A model generated the notes under the pieces. The model was not told the DNA's origin. It did not search any database and was given only the letters and a program-made list of their open reading frames with translations. From positions 20,346 to 84,345 of the forward strand of contig CALRIT020000018.1 of the NCBI GenBank assembly GCA_943361925.1: 64,000 nucleotides of DNA, in the 5' to 3' direction. Made by a program: the position numbers and the translations under genes. Source of the DNA: Vulcanococcus limneticus LL (GTDB taxonomy: Bacteria; Bacteroidota; Bacteroidia; UKL13-3). The stretch's first letter is position 1. Every line of letters begins with the position of its first letter. Below, piece by piece: positions 48,508 to 58,658 of this stretch.

Positions 48508-51381
48508 TTAGAACTTATAGCTAATGTTAAAACTAACTTCTTGTCCAAAATTCCTAGAAATTATTTTTAAATCTGGATTTTCATTAAATCTTTTGTTATT
48601 ATCTATATCATTATAAAAAACTAATTTTTGAGCAAATACGTCTTTAACATTCAATCTAATTTCGAGTTTGTTCTTCATTAATAATTTTGAAACCTGAAAA
48701 TCTAAAACAGTTCTCCCTTTTTCCCATAAATCAGGTTCATTGATACTTCCTACAATATAAATTCTATCTCCTACAGAGTTTAATGAAGCAGTCGCTGAAA
48801 ATCCTGATTTGTAATTTTGAAATTGAATTCCTGAGTTGATTACATAAGGAGATTGTCCCTGTAATTGCCTATCCTTATCTATGGTTTTATCAGATTCATT
48901 AATAACTACATTAGATTTAATATAAGCAAAATTACTAAATACTGTGAAGTCATTTAAAATAGATGTTTCTTTTTTACTTAATGCTCCTAATATGAATCTA
49001 AATTCTAATTCAGCTCCATAACATACAGCACTATTTGCATTGATATAAGTTACTTCTCTTACGTAGTTTGGATTTGCTTTTTGTTCAACTGGGTTGATGA
49101 ATTTTTTATAAAATAAACTGGTAGATAGTATTTGATTTCTTCCAGGAAACAATTCATATCTTAAATCGTAATTATATACTTTACATCTAACTAAGCTATC
49201 GTTACCAGAATAGGTATATCTATTACCAAAATCATAAAATACAAATGGAGCTAATTCCCTAAATTCAGGTCTATTTACTGTATTTGAATATGATAATCTT
49301 AAATTCTGATTTTCTGAAATTGAATAAACATAATTTAAGGATGGTAAGAAATCTGATGTAGTTGTATTTAAATTTACAGGGGTTCTGTCATCTCTGGTTG
49401 AATTTAATTTTTGAACAAATGTTTCTAACCTAACTCCCCAAACTAATCTCGATCTCTGTTTGTATCTGCTGTCAATCATAATATATCTTGAAAATATACT
49501 TGAAGAAGCATCATACGCATCATATGGATTTACAATTTGTTCAAGTAAAAATCCTCCTTTACCATTTGGAAGAATTCCAATATTTTTTTCATTGAAGATT
49601 TGATCATCTGGTAAATTTACCAATGAGTCATCAAATTCAATTCCTCCACCACCTGTTTGATTATATTTTGCTAAGTTTAATTTTCGAGCTAAAAAATCTC
49701 TTTTGCGGACCTGATATCCATAACCAATTTTAATTGTATTTTTAAATTGCTTAGTTAAGTCTACATTTTCAGTCATATCGGCTTGAAAACTATTGATATT
49801 TTCAGATGTATTTGAATAAAAATATGTGCCTGCTGTTCCAACTCCAAAGTCAGGACCTAATGCAATATTAGCCGAATAAGTTTCACCATTATTGGCAAAT
49901 CTTGACATTCTTCTTAATCCCGGAATACTTCTTTTTACATTACCAGTTGAGGCATTCCAAGTTATTTTGGTTTTAGTTTTTTCTATATAGTGTTCACCAA
50001 TTAGTTGATTTGAGTATATATTATTAGATGTAAACCAAAATGCTTTTGCTTGTGTTCCCAAGGGTTGTATTGTATTCAAGAAGAAAAAGCCTTCACGGGC
50101 AATAAACCTATCTTCTGAGTTGATACTATATAAATTTTTAAAAGAGATGGAGTTTTTATTGTTGATTTTATAACTAACATTAAACAACGCTCCACCTAAG
50201 GTTCTATCACTATTGGTTTGGTCACTTAAGTTGGTTTCTAAAATATTTCCATTTGCCTGGTCATATGCATATAAAAACGTTTCGTACCATGAATACGATT
50301 TGTTGTATGAAAGTGAAAATAAAATACCGAAAATATCTTTTTCATTTTTCTTGAAGTTTTTTCCCATGGTATATTGAAAAGAATAATTTGGGGAATATGT
50401 TGATTTATTAGTAGCCCAATCATTCGGCATTAATCTTGCTGCACTTGCTTTTTCTTCTCTTGTTTCTGGCCAACTGTTTCTTGGAGGTAATGAAGCTGGC
50501 ACATTTCTAGTCCCATCATCAATTCCCAGAAAATCAAATTTTCCTCCATTATAATCCAATTTTTCTTTGAATGTAGTAATTGAATTTATACCGGTACCAA
50601 AACTAATTGATTGGAAGTTTTCATCTGGTATACTTTTCGTATTTACTAAAATTAATCCTCCTGCAAATTCACCACTTTGATCTGGAGTAGCAGTTTTTGT
50701 GATAATCAAATTATCTAACATGTTTGATGGGAAAATGTCAAATGCAAAAGCTTTCCTATCACTTTCAGAACTTGGTAACGGAGCGCTGTTGATATATGCA
50801 CCATTGTAACGCTCATTTAAACCTCTGATAATCGCAAATTTATTATCCTGTATACTTGCTCCACTTACTCTTTTTAATACATCACTAGTGCTTTTATCCG
50901 GACTCCTTTTAATTGATTCTGCTGAAATACCATCACTTACAGAAGCAGCATTTTTCTGCTGAATTAAAAGTGAGTTTAAATTTTCTTTTTTGGCTTTAGC
51001 TGTAATCGTTACTTCCTGAATTACATTCGACTTTTCTTCAATAACAAAGTTTTGTTCTGTAGAAGCATTCTTTGAGATAATTACCTGGCTTACTTTTGTA
51101 TTATAACCAACATATCTGCAAGAGGCATTATACTTGCCCGGAGCGATGTTTATGATTGAATATTCCCCATTAAAATCTGTTTGGGCTCCTTTTTGAGTTC
51201 CCTCTAACATGATTACTGCACCAATAATTTCCTCACCGGTTGTAGAAACAACTTTCCCAACTAATTTACCATTTTGAGAATAAACCAATAATGAAAAAAA
51301 GTTAAACATTATAAATATGCTTAACTTTTGAAATATTCCTGAAAATTTATTTTGAATATTAGTAAGCGTTCTTATCACCAT
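48508..51381 (-). CDS. TonB-dependent receptor with an N-terminal carboxypeptidase-regulatory-like domain (no SusD partner)
   Basis: CarbopepD_reg-like N-terminus (GKVVS..GEEIIGAVIML.GT.KGAQTDFNGEY), a plug domain (SDVLKRVSGASIQDNKFAIIRGLNERYN), a long beta-barrel and a C-terminal aromatic (..ISYKF). The ATG at 51381 overlaps the upstream gene by 23 nt. An alternative Met is at 51309. Confidence 0.9.
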   Translation of the reverse strand: MVIRTLTNIQNKFSGIFQKLSIFIMFNFFSLLVYSQNGKLVGKVVSTTGEEIIGAVIMLEGTQKGAQTDFNGEYSIINIAPGKYNASCRYVGYNTKVSQVIISKNASTEQNFVIEEKSNVIQEVTITAKAKKENLNSLLIQQKNAASVSDGISAESIKRSPDKSTSDVLKRVSGASIQDNKFAIIRGLNERYNGAYINSAPLPSSESDRKAFAFDIFPSNMLDNLIITKTATPDQSGEFAGGLILVNTKSIPDENFQSISFGTGINSITTFKEKLDYNGGKFDFLGIDDGTRNVPASLPPRNSWPETREEKASAARLMPNDWATNKSTYSPNYSFQYTMGKNFKKNEKDIFGILFSLSYNKSYSWYETFLYAYDQANGNILETNLSDQTNSDRTLGGALFNVSYKINNKNSISFKNLYSINSEDRFIAREGFFFLNTIQPLGTQAKAFWFTSNNIYSNQLIGEHYIEKTKTKITWNASTGNVKRSIPGLRRMSRFANNGETYSANIALGPDFGVGTAGTYFYSNTSENINSFQADMTENVDLTKQFKNTIKIGYGYQVRKRDFLARKLNLAKYNQTGGGGIEFDDSLVNLPDDQIFNEKNIGILPNGKGGFLLEQIVNPYDAYDASSSIFSRYIMIDSRYKQRSRLVWGVRLETFVQKLNSTRDDRTPVNLNTTTSDFLPSLNYVYSISENQNLRLSYSNTVNRPEFRELAPFVFYDFGNRYTYSGNDSLVRCKVYNYDLRYELFPGRNQILSTSLFYKKFINPVEQKANPNYVREVTYINANSAVCYGAELEFRFILGALSKKETSILNDFTVFSNFAYIKSNVVINESDKTIDKDRQLQGQSPYVINSGIQFQNYKSGFSATASLNSVGDRIYIVGSINEPDLWEKGRTVLDFQVSKLLMKNKLEIRLNVKDVFAQKLVFYNDIDNNKRFNENPDLKIISRNFGQEVSFNISYKF

Positions 51382-52741
51382 TAATTGTTAATTTTATTGT
51401 TTTTATTGCAATATCAAGATCAAACCAAGGACTCCAATTTTGAATATAATAGATGTCATATTTGACTCTTTTTTCCATCATGTTTTTATCAAGATTTCCT
51501 CTAAAGCCATTTACTTGAGCATATCCGCTGATACCAGGTTTTATATATTGTCTTCTCATGTAAGAATCAATAATACTGCTATAATCTTTGGTATGTTTTA
51601 ACATGTGTGGACGTGGTCCAACTATGCTCATTTCACCTCTCAAAACGTTGAAAAATTGTGGTAATTCATCAAGGTTAGTTTTTCTAAGTATTTTACCAAT
51701 TTCGGTAAATCTATGGTCGTTTTTAGTTGCTTGATTTCGGTTAGATTCTTTATTTGGAACCATTGTTCTAAATTTTAAACAAACAAATGGTTTATTATTT
51801 TTCCCATTTCTCATTTGTTTAAATAGTATAGGTCCTTTTGAATCAATTTTTATTAATAAGGATAAAATTGGCCATAACCAACTTAATATGGTCACAATAA
51901 CTAAGGAACTAAGTAAAATGTCAAAAAATCTTTTTATAATTCTATTCTCTAAATTATCTAATGGGGATTTTGAAGAACTTATTATTGGTAATCCAAATTC
52001 GAAATTATAATCGTAATAAATTTGATGTTTTGATTCTTTATTTGGAATAAATTTTAATTTGATAAAATTGTTTTCAGCATACTTACAAACTTCCAAATAT
52101 TCTGTTTCAGTTTCTGGTATGTATGTTGTATAAATATCCTCTAAATCCAGTCTTCTTCCTACTTTTATAACTTGATATAATTTGGATTTAATATCGCTTG
52201 AATTAAAAGTATGCTTGATTTCAATTAGCTTACATCCAGACTCTTCAGATTCTAAATGCGATTTGAAACTATCGAAAATTGGTCCATTTCCAAGTATTGC
52301 AACTTGCTTTTTTAATTTAAATTTTTTGTCAAGAAAGTTTATTATGAATTGCGATATATATCTGCTCGCTGGTATAAATAAGAATCCTGCTAAATAGTAA
52401 TATGTTAAATAAAAGAAGCTTGGATTGTTATCATCTATCATTAAATAGATAATTCCAATATTTAAAATAAAATGTACAAAGTAGGTTCCGATTGATCTTC
52501 TAAGACTATAATCAAAATTGAAACTTTTTGAATAGGTTTTTAGAATTACAGATAATAATGCCCACGTTGAATTATAAATAAGGAAAATGTAGATTTCAGC
52601 AATTGACTGTGGCGGAAATAAACTACGCGCTTTATAATAAATTAAAACTATAATCAGATTTAACCCAATTAAATCAAATGCCAGCATAAATAATCTTAGA
52701 AAGAATAGATATGCAGAGTTTTTGTGGTACTTGAGTTTCAT
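51359..52741 (-). CDS. Polyprenyl-phosphate glycosyl-1-phosphate transferase (WbaP/EpsL-like initiating sugar transferase)
   Basis: Four N-terminal TM segments plus the C-terminal bacterial sugar transferase domain (KRFFDILLS..., KGPILFKQ.R.G, KFRTM, DELPQFFNVLRGEMSIVGPRP). Confidence 0.9.
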   Translation of the reverse strand: MKLKYHKNSAYLFFLRLFMLAFDLIGLNLIIVLIYYKARSLFPPQSIAEIYIFLIYNSTWALLSVILKTYSKSFNFDYSLRRSIGTYFVHFILNIGIIYLMIDDNNPSFFYLTYYYLAGFLFIPASRYISQFIINFLDKKFKLKKQVAILGNGPIFDSFKSHLESEESGCKLIEIKHTFNSSDIKSKLYQVIKVGRRLDLEDIYTTYIPETETEYLEVCKYAENNFIKLKFIPNKESKHQIYYDYNFEFGLPIISSSKSPLDNLENRIIKRFFDILLSSLVIVTILSWLWPILSLLIKIDSKGPILFKQMRNGKNNKPFVCLKFRTMVPNKESNRNQATKNDHRFTEIGKILRKTNLDELPQFFNVLRGEMSIVGPRPHMLKHTKDYSSIIDSYMRRQYIKPGISGYAQVNGFRGNLDKNMMEKRVKYDIYYIQNWSPWFDLDIAIKTIKLTINGDKNAY

Positions 52742-52844
52742 TTAATTTGAATTACATCAAAATAAAATGTTTGAGATTTCCTTATAGTTCAGCCTAAATG
52801 AACAAATGTTTATGAATATGTTAACTTAGAATAATCTTGGAGTT

Positions 52845-53423
52845 CTAATTTATAATATAAACAAAACCCAAGTTAAAATTTAACTGATTGTCTCTTCCCT
52901 CTTTTTGAGCAGTTATAAAATTTAATTTATAAATACTATTAAGGTTAAAACCAAAACTAGGTAATACCCAGTAATTAAATCCGAAGCCAATTTGTGTTGC
53001 TATATCGGTATTTACTCCTCTTTTTAACAATCCAAAACCTCCTAATAGGTATGGGTCAAAATTTCCAGTGTCCTTTAAAAAAGGAAGTAAATTTGCTTTC
53101 CCAAGTATATCTAAACTTAAAATATCAATAGGTTTTTTTTGTGTTAACCCTCTGTATCTTTGGTTTGCCTGATATAAATTAGAAGAAAACATTGATTGAA
53201 CACCATATTTTTCATTCAATCTATATTCAAATGAAAAGTTAAATGGACTTAAATTCCAATATACCTTTTCATTATTTAAATAAGCTTGAAACTGATTTCC
53301 ATCTTCAATAAGTAGGTTCATTGCATATCCAAAATGCATAGTTCCTTTTTTATTTGGGGATTGTCCAAATACAATAGCAGGGCAAATTAGAATAATTGAA
53401 AGTAGTAATCTATTAAATGACAT
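52845..53423 (-). CDS. Small outer-membrane beta-barrel-like protein embedded in the polysaccharide locus
   Basis: Signal peptide, about 8-10 predicted amphipathic strands and G/Y/F-rich turns. No family recognised. Confidence 0.55.
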   Translation of the reverse strand: MSFNRLLLSIILICPAIVFGQSPNKKGTMHFGYAMNLLIEDGNQFQAYLNNEKVYWNLSPFNFSFEYRLNEKYGVQSMFSSNLYQANQRYRGLTQKKPIDILSLDILGKANLLPFLKDTGNFDPYLLGGFGLLKRGVNTDIATQIGFGFNYWVLPSFGFNLNSIYKLNFITAQKEGRDNQLNFNLGFVYIIN

Positions 53424-53483
53424 TTTGGATTTTTATTCTTTACAAAGAAATTCAGTTTGAAGTCTTGACCGGTTAATTTTAAG

Positions 53484-54731
53484 TTAACTTATTAAAAACT
53501 TTTTGGAAAAGTAATCTTGAAGTATTTTGTCTTTTTCAAAATGTAATTTTGCTAGATTTCTATTATTATGATTATTCGGCAATTCAATTTGTTGTAAAAT
53601 TAATTGAATAGTCTCAATCAATTTTTCAGGATTATTTGGTTCGATGATACTTCCTTTCATTTTCTGATGCAGCATAGAATATAGTTCTGAATTTTCGGTT
53701 GATTGAATAATTAAAAAGCCATCAATCGATAATATAGGTAATATTTTACTTGGTAAAACTAAATCGGTAGCTTCTTCTTTTTGCAGAACTAAGTGGATGT
53801 CGGCAATGTTCAAAAATTCATTTAATTGATTTTTGGGACTCAGTTTTTTAAATACAATATTTGATAAATGTTCTTTTTCTGCATCTGATTTTAGTTTCTC
53901 CCAATAAGGCCCAGTACTCGATATAATGAATATAATTTCTTTATTCGTATGAAAATGTTTGGCTACTTCCAACATAATATCAATTCCTTGCTTTTCGCCT
54001 AAACTGCCTGAGTACATGATTATAATTGAGTCTTTTGGCAAATTATGGCTGATTTTTACCTCCATTTTTTTATTATTTTCTAGAGGATAAAAGTCCATTG
54101 TATTAACCCAGTTTCTGAAAATGGCAATTTCATTTTTAGTTTTAAGCTTAAGTTTTTCTGCCATTTTCTCTGAAATGGTGCTAATTGAACTTACGTTATT
54201 AAGAATTATTTTATCTAACTTTTTTACAATTGATTTTATAAAATGATTTTTTATAATTCCCAATTGAATTGCCGCATCAAATTGTAGATCTTGCAAATGA
54301 AGGTAGATGGGGATATTTTTTAGTTTACTAAAAACTATCGCATTCATAACACTAATTTGTGATGGACTTACTGTCCAAATAAAGTTTGGTTTTGATTTAA
54401 ACAACAAATAGAATAACATCAAGGCAGAGCTTAAAAAAAAGCTTATCTCAGTTATTATTCTGGATAAGCCGCTTGTTTTTCCGTAGATTAGAATCGGACA
54501 TCTATAAATTGTCAAATATCCTGATGAGTCTTTTTCTTTTGAAAATAGCAGTGAGTTTTTTTTGTGACTTGAAAATATATTCCATTCCGGATAATGCGGA
54601 TATGCGGTAATGACGGTACATTTAATTTGATTTTCTACTAACCATTGGCACATTTCAGACGTATAATTACTAATACCTGTTAATTCAGGTTTGAAATTTA
54701 TTCCAAGTATGTAAACTGATTTATTTTTCAC
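53484..54731 (-). CDS. Glycosyltransferase family 4 (WcaI/WbuB-like)
   Basis: N-terminal YILGINFKPELTGISNYTSEM resembles the WcaI-type start. GT-B C-terminal domain. Confidence 0.8.
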   Translation of the reverse strand: MKNKSVYILGINFKPELTGISNYTSEMCQWLVENQIKCTVITAYPHYPEWNIFSSHKKNSLLFSKEKDSSGYLTIYRCPILIYGKTSGLSRIITEISFFLSSALMLFYLLFKSKPNFIWTVSPSQISVMNAIVFSKLKNIPIYLHLQDLQFDAAIQLGIIKNHFIKSIVKKLDKIILNNVSSISTISEKMAEKLKLKTKNEIAIFRNWVNTMDFYPLENNKKMEVKISHNLPKDSIIIMYSGSLGEKQGIDIMLEVAKHFHTNKEIIFIISSTGPYWEKLKSDAEKEHLSNIVFKKLSPKNQLNEFLNIADIHLVLQKEEATDLVLPSKILPILSIDGFLIIQSTENSELYSMLHQKMKGSIIEPNNPEKLIETIQLILQQIELPNNHNNRNLAKLHFEKDKILQDYFSKKFLIS

Positions 54732-55548
54732 GGTTTAGTTTTTTTACTATTTGACCGACTTTTTTAAAATACCTGAATTTGATGATTGAATATATTATTC
54801 CATTTTTACCATCAAGAAATCCTAATAGAAAAATATATGTGCCAATAAAATATACTGGTGGAAGGATTCCATTTTTTAGTAAAAAGTATTTGATTTTTTG
54901 GTTTTTAGTTAGGCTTGTTTTATACTGATTTTCTCTTAAATCAAAAAAACGTTTTCCTTCCCAGTTGGCATATTCTATATGTTTTCTCCAAAGCCTTTTG
55001 TAGTTAGAATCAATTTTATGGTCAATTTGTGCATGTATAAATCCAATTTTCCCATGTATTATCGGATGCTCATGAATCTCCATATCTAAATTACTCCAAT
55101 TGTTTTCCCCTATATTTTCATATAAATATTTATGACGTTTAAATAACGCTAATTTCTTTAAAGGATATCCACCTTTTAATTTATAATTATTTATATAATT
55201 GGCATAGTTTAACCAAAAACCTTCTACATCTTTATTTTTGATTTTTAAACTAATTTCTGTTTTAACTTCAGGTGTAAGTCTTTCATCGGCATCTAAGAAT
55301 AATACCCATTCAGTACTTTCAGTATGATTTATTAAAAACCAATTACGCTTTTTTGGATATTTCCCATTCCAATCAAATTGAATGACTTTGGTATTAAATT
55401 GTTTTGCTATAGCAATTGATTCATCAGTGCTATTAGAATCAAGAATGAAAATGTCCTTTGCAAAATCATTCCCGATTGATTTTAAACAATCATATAGTTT
55501 TGATTCCTCATTTTTAATAGGAATAACTATACATAAATCATTATTCAT
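54721..55548 (-). CDS. Glycosyltransferase family 2
   Basis: IVIPIKNEE...ILDSNSTDES...FLDADE (DxD) GT-A signature. Confidence 0.85.
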   Translation of the reverse strand: MNNDLCIVIPIKNEESKLYDCLKSIGNDFAKDIFILDSNSTDESIAIAKQFNTKVIQFDWNGKYPKKRNWFLINHTESTEWVLFLDADERLTPEVKTEISLKIKNKDVEGFWLNYANYINNYKLKGGYPLKKLALFKRHKYLYENIGENNWSNLDMEIHEHPIIHGKIGFIHAQIDHKIDSNYKRLWRKHIEYANWEGKRFFDLRENQYKTSLTKNQKIKYFLLKNGILPPVYFIGTYIFLLGFLDGKNGIIYSIIKFRYFKKVGQIVKKLNREK

Positions 55549-56098
55549 TTTTTTTCAAAACTAAACATGGATTTCCTGAGCAGATTGAATTTTCGGGTAT
55601 TGATTTCACAACCACTGATCTTGCTCCAATTACAGAATTATTGCCAATTTCTAAACCAGGGTGAATAAATGATTGAGTGGCAATCCAAACATTACTTCCA
55701 ATTTTTATGGGTTTGGTTATCAATTTAAATCCCGGATTTTTGTAATCATGTGTTCCGGTACAAACATAAGTACCTTGAGAAATTACAGACTTTGCTCCAA
55801 TTGTTATTAATCCTTGTGAATACAACTCAACATCATTTGCGATTCCACATTCATCCCCAATATTTAAATTCCACGGAGCCCAAATTTTTACTTTTGGATA
55901 GATATGTGTTCCTTTACCAATTGTAGCGCCAAATAATCTTAATAAGAAGGCCCTGTAACTATGAAATGGTTTTGGGCTGTATCTAAAGAATAATAAATAG
56001 GCCCAATTCCAAATTACCCTCAAGATTCTGTTTCTCAAGCTAAATGATGGTCCGGTTCGGGTATCTAAATTGAAATTTTCTACTTTATTCAAATCCAT
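55541..56098 (-). CDS. Hexapeptide-repeat O-acetyltransferase (WcaF-like)
   Basis: N-terminal membrane-associated segment (RVIWNWAYLLFFRYSPKPFH..R..LLRLFGA.IG) followed by left-handed beta-helix repeats, as in colanic-acid WcaF-type enzymes. Confidence 0.8.
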   Translation of the reverse strand: MDLNKVENFNLDTRTGPSFSLRNRILRVIWNWAYLLFFRYSPKPFHSYRAFLLRLFGATIGKGTHIYPKVKIWAPWNLNIGDECGIANDVELYSQGLITIGAKSVISQGTYVCTGTHDYKNPGFKLITKPIKIGSNVWIATQSFIHPGLEIGNNSVIGARSVVVKSIPENSICSGNPCLVLKKNE

Positions 56099-56850
56099 AA
56101 TTGAGGTGCTATTTTCCTGAAAATGTTTCTAATTTTTCCGTTTAGCAAATATTTAAATCCTTGATAATTCTTATTCCAATGCGCACCATAACCATGAAGA
56201 ATTGGTTCATAATTGAAACGCATTAATATTTTGAATTTTTTGTCAGTATAGAATTCATACAGATACTTAAAGTAAAGGGTTTCAAAATGACTAATTTTCT
56301 CTTCAATCATTTTGCTTTTTAAACCAATTAAATTTTCAGAATAGAAACTTGTTTTTACTATAAAAAAATTACTGAGACAATAATTGGTTTGTTTTTTTAT
56401 GATAGAACTTTTTCTTGAGTCAATCATCATATCAAAATCTTCATTCTCTTTTAAAAACATAGAAATATTTGAAATAAATAACCTACCTGAACATTTTATT
56501 ATTTTTTCGTTTTGATTTAAATGTTTAGATAGTTTAAAACATTCATCAATAATTTCTAATTCTGAATATCCATAGTGAATTCCATCTGGAACTTTAGATT
56601 CTTTAACTTTTATTAGTTCAATAATTCTGTTAAAATGATTGTATTTTTTTGCTAAATTTTCTACCAATTCTAAATTATATCCTGAGTTATCTGCAAAAAT
56701 GATATGAGTAATATTTGAATCATTTAATAAAAGCCATTTTTTAAAAGTTGTTAAATAATCATTTAATCTCTGATCAACATTATTTCTAACTATTCTATCA
56801 GAAAATTGAGAAGGTTTTATACTTGACGTTAATAAAAGTGTATAACTCAT
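56089..56850 (-). CDS. Hypothetical 253-aa cytoplasmic protein of unknown family inside the polysaccharide operon
   Basis: Coding-quality ORF overlapping the downstream gene by 10 nt. The only suggestive motif is IIFADNSG, which resembles a GT-A nucleotide-binding strand. Confidence 0.6.
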   Translation of the reverse strand: MSYTLLLTSSIKPSQFSDRIVRNNVDQRLNDYLTTFKKWLLLNDSNITHIIFADNSGYNLELVENLAKKYNHFNRIIELIKVKESKVPDGIHYGYSELEIIDECFKLSKHLNQNEKIIKCSGRLFISNISMFLKENEDFDMMIDSRKSSIIKKQTNYCLSNFFIVKTSFYSENLIGLKSKMIEEKISHFETLYFKYLYEFYTDKKFKILMRFNYEPILHGYGAHWNKNYQGFKYLLNGKIRNIFRKIAPQLWI

Positions 56851-56853
56851 GTA

Positions 56854-57996
56854 TTAGTTTAATAACTTGATTAAGTTTTGACAATAGTTCTCTATACTAA
56901 AATTTCTTTTAAAAGCTTGTTTGGCATTTAGGTTCATTTCATTCATTTGAGGAGGAGTTAATGAAACAAAACTTGTAATTAATTTTATACAACCTTCAAC
57001 ACTATTTTCTTCAACAAAACCGCAATTCTCCCGTAGAATAATTTCATGAATATTTACTTTGTTACTGATTAAAACAGGTTTACCAAACGACAAGGCTTCT
57101 GCTACAGAAATTCCAAAATTTTCTTGATGACTAGGTAGAATTAAAGCCTTACAATTATTGATTATTTCAATTTTTTCTTCACCTTGAACAAAATTTCTAA
57201 AGCTGATTTTATCCTTTAGTTTTTTGTTTTTAGTAGCAATCTCAGTGCAATAATTAAAATAATCCTTGTCATGAATACTACCCGCAATTATCAATTGTGG
57301 CAGCTCAATTGAACTTGAATTAACTAACTTTTCATATGCTTTTATAATCAAATCAATACCTTTTTTTGAATCAATTCGACCTAAGAATAAAAGGTAATTA
57401 CCCTTTTCATTTTTAATTGTAGTATTTGATAAATCATTTATCCCATAACTACACATGATTTCTTTTTTTGGTTGATAATTACTAAAAGTTTTACGGGCAT
57501 TTTGTAATTCAATATCACTGGTAAATAAAACACCATCAAGTGATTTTATATATTTTGATTCGATTAAATGCCAATAAATGTAGTTTCGAATTGCCTTTAT
57601 TTTTCTTGTTTTTGCATATTGAAAATAGGGGTCGAGCATACCGTGGGGCATACCAAAAAACTTTGGCTTTTTCTCGTTTTTAATATTTTTCAATAGCTTA
57701 TAAACAGCAAAAGTTTGATAAAGCCATAAACCATGAATAATAATCAAATCATAATTTGAATAATTTCTTTCTAACCAAATTTTAAAATCCTTATGATATG
57801 ACCACTTAGTTTTTCCTTTGCCTAATGCATATATTTTTAATGTTGAATTTAAAATAAATGACTCAGAGCTATTATCAAATGAAACGATTTCATTTTTAAT
57901 GCCATATTTTTCCATTTCAGGAATTATATTTCTAATTCCTTCAGAGGGTCCACCAATTGCTGGCGACATACTATCAATTATTCTAAGAATTTTCAA
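56854..57996 (-). CDS. Glycosyltransferase family 4 (GT-B)
   Basis: The C-terminal E..G....EA...G.PV pattern (QENFGISVAEALSFGKPVLIS) is typical of GT4. Confidence 0.8.
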   Translation of the reverse strand: MKILRIIDSMSPAIGGPSEGIRNIIPEMEKYGIKNEIVSFDNSSESFILNSTLKIYALGKGKTKWSYHKDFKIWLERNYSNYDLIIIHGLWLYQTFAVYKLLKNIKNEKKPKFFGMPHGMLDPYFQYAKTRKIKAIRNYIYWHLIESKYIKSLDGVLFTSDIELQNARKTFSNYQPKKEIMCSYGINDLSNTTIKNEKGNYLLFLGRIDSKKGIDLIIKAYEKLVNSSSIELPQLIIAGSIHDKDYFNYCTEIATKNKKLKDKISFRNFVQGEEKIEIINNCKALILPSHQENFGISVAEALSFGKPVLISNKVNIHEIILRENCGFVEENSVEGCIKLITSFVSLTPPQMNEMNLNAKQAFKRNFSIENYCQNLIKLLN

Positions 57997-58658
57997 TGAA
58001 CAAATCCCTTTTCTCTTTTGAAATATTTTGCATCAACCGGTAGCGATTTAATTTTGGTTGCAGGATTTCCGGCATACAAATTATATGACTCTTGGAAATG
58101 TTTATTCAATAAACTTTTAGCTCCTAAAACAGAGTAGGAGGGTAGTTTTGAGCCACCTAATGCAACAACATTTGTGCCTATATAAGTATAATCACCAATT
58201 TCAATTGCTTTGCTATTTTGTTGGTTTTCGTTAATATCAATTCCATGTGTAATAAATTGAGAGGCATAACCACCAATAATTGAATAATTTCCAATTTTGA
58301 TTTGGTCTGTACAATCAAAGTGATGGTTCTTAGTTATAGCCGATTCTCTACCTAATATTAAAGCCGGATTTCTACCCATTTCATGAGAGAAATGTTTCTT
58401 ATTATGGATAGGAAATCCTGTAATCCAGTTTTTTCTTCCTATTTTAGAATTTTCCAGTAAATGAATTTTATGGAGATGAATAGCCATATTAAAATGTCCA
58501 ATTTTAGCTCCTTTTTCTAATACTAATTCTTTTGGAAAGATATACGAAAATCCAATATAAGAATCTTTATCTAATTGATATTTGTAGAATATTATTAGTA
58601 AAATTCTTCTGATTTTATATGGTAATAGGATTAAAAATACTTGAAGAATGACTTTCAT
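57993..58658 (-). CDS. Hexapeptide-repeat acyltransferase with an N-terminal TM anchor
   Basis: Left-handed beta-helix repeats (IGNYSIIGGYA, IGDYTYIGTNVVALGGSKLPSYSVLGAKS). ATGA overlap with the upstream gene. Confidence 0.7.
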   Translation of the reverse strand: MKVILQVFLILLPYKIRRILLIIFYKYQLDKDSYIGFSYIFPKELVLEKGAKIGHFNMAIHLHKIHLLENSKIGRKNWITGFPIHNKKHFSHEMGRNPALILGRESAITKNHHFDCTDQIKIGNYSIIGGYASQFITHGIDINENQQNSKAIEIGDYTYIGTNVVALGGSKLPSYSVLGAKSLLNKHFQESYNLYAGNPATKIKSLPVDAKYFKREKGFVH

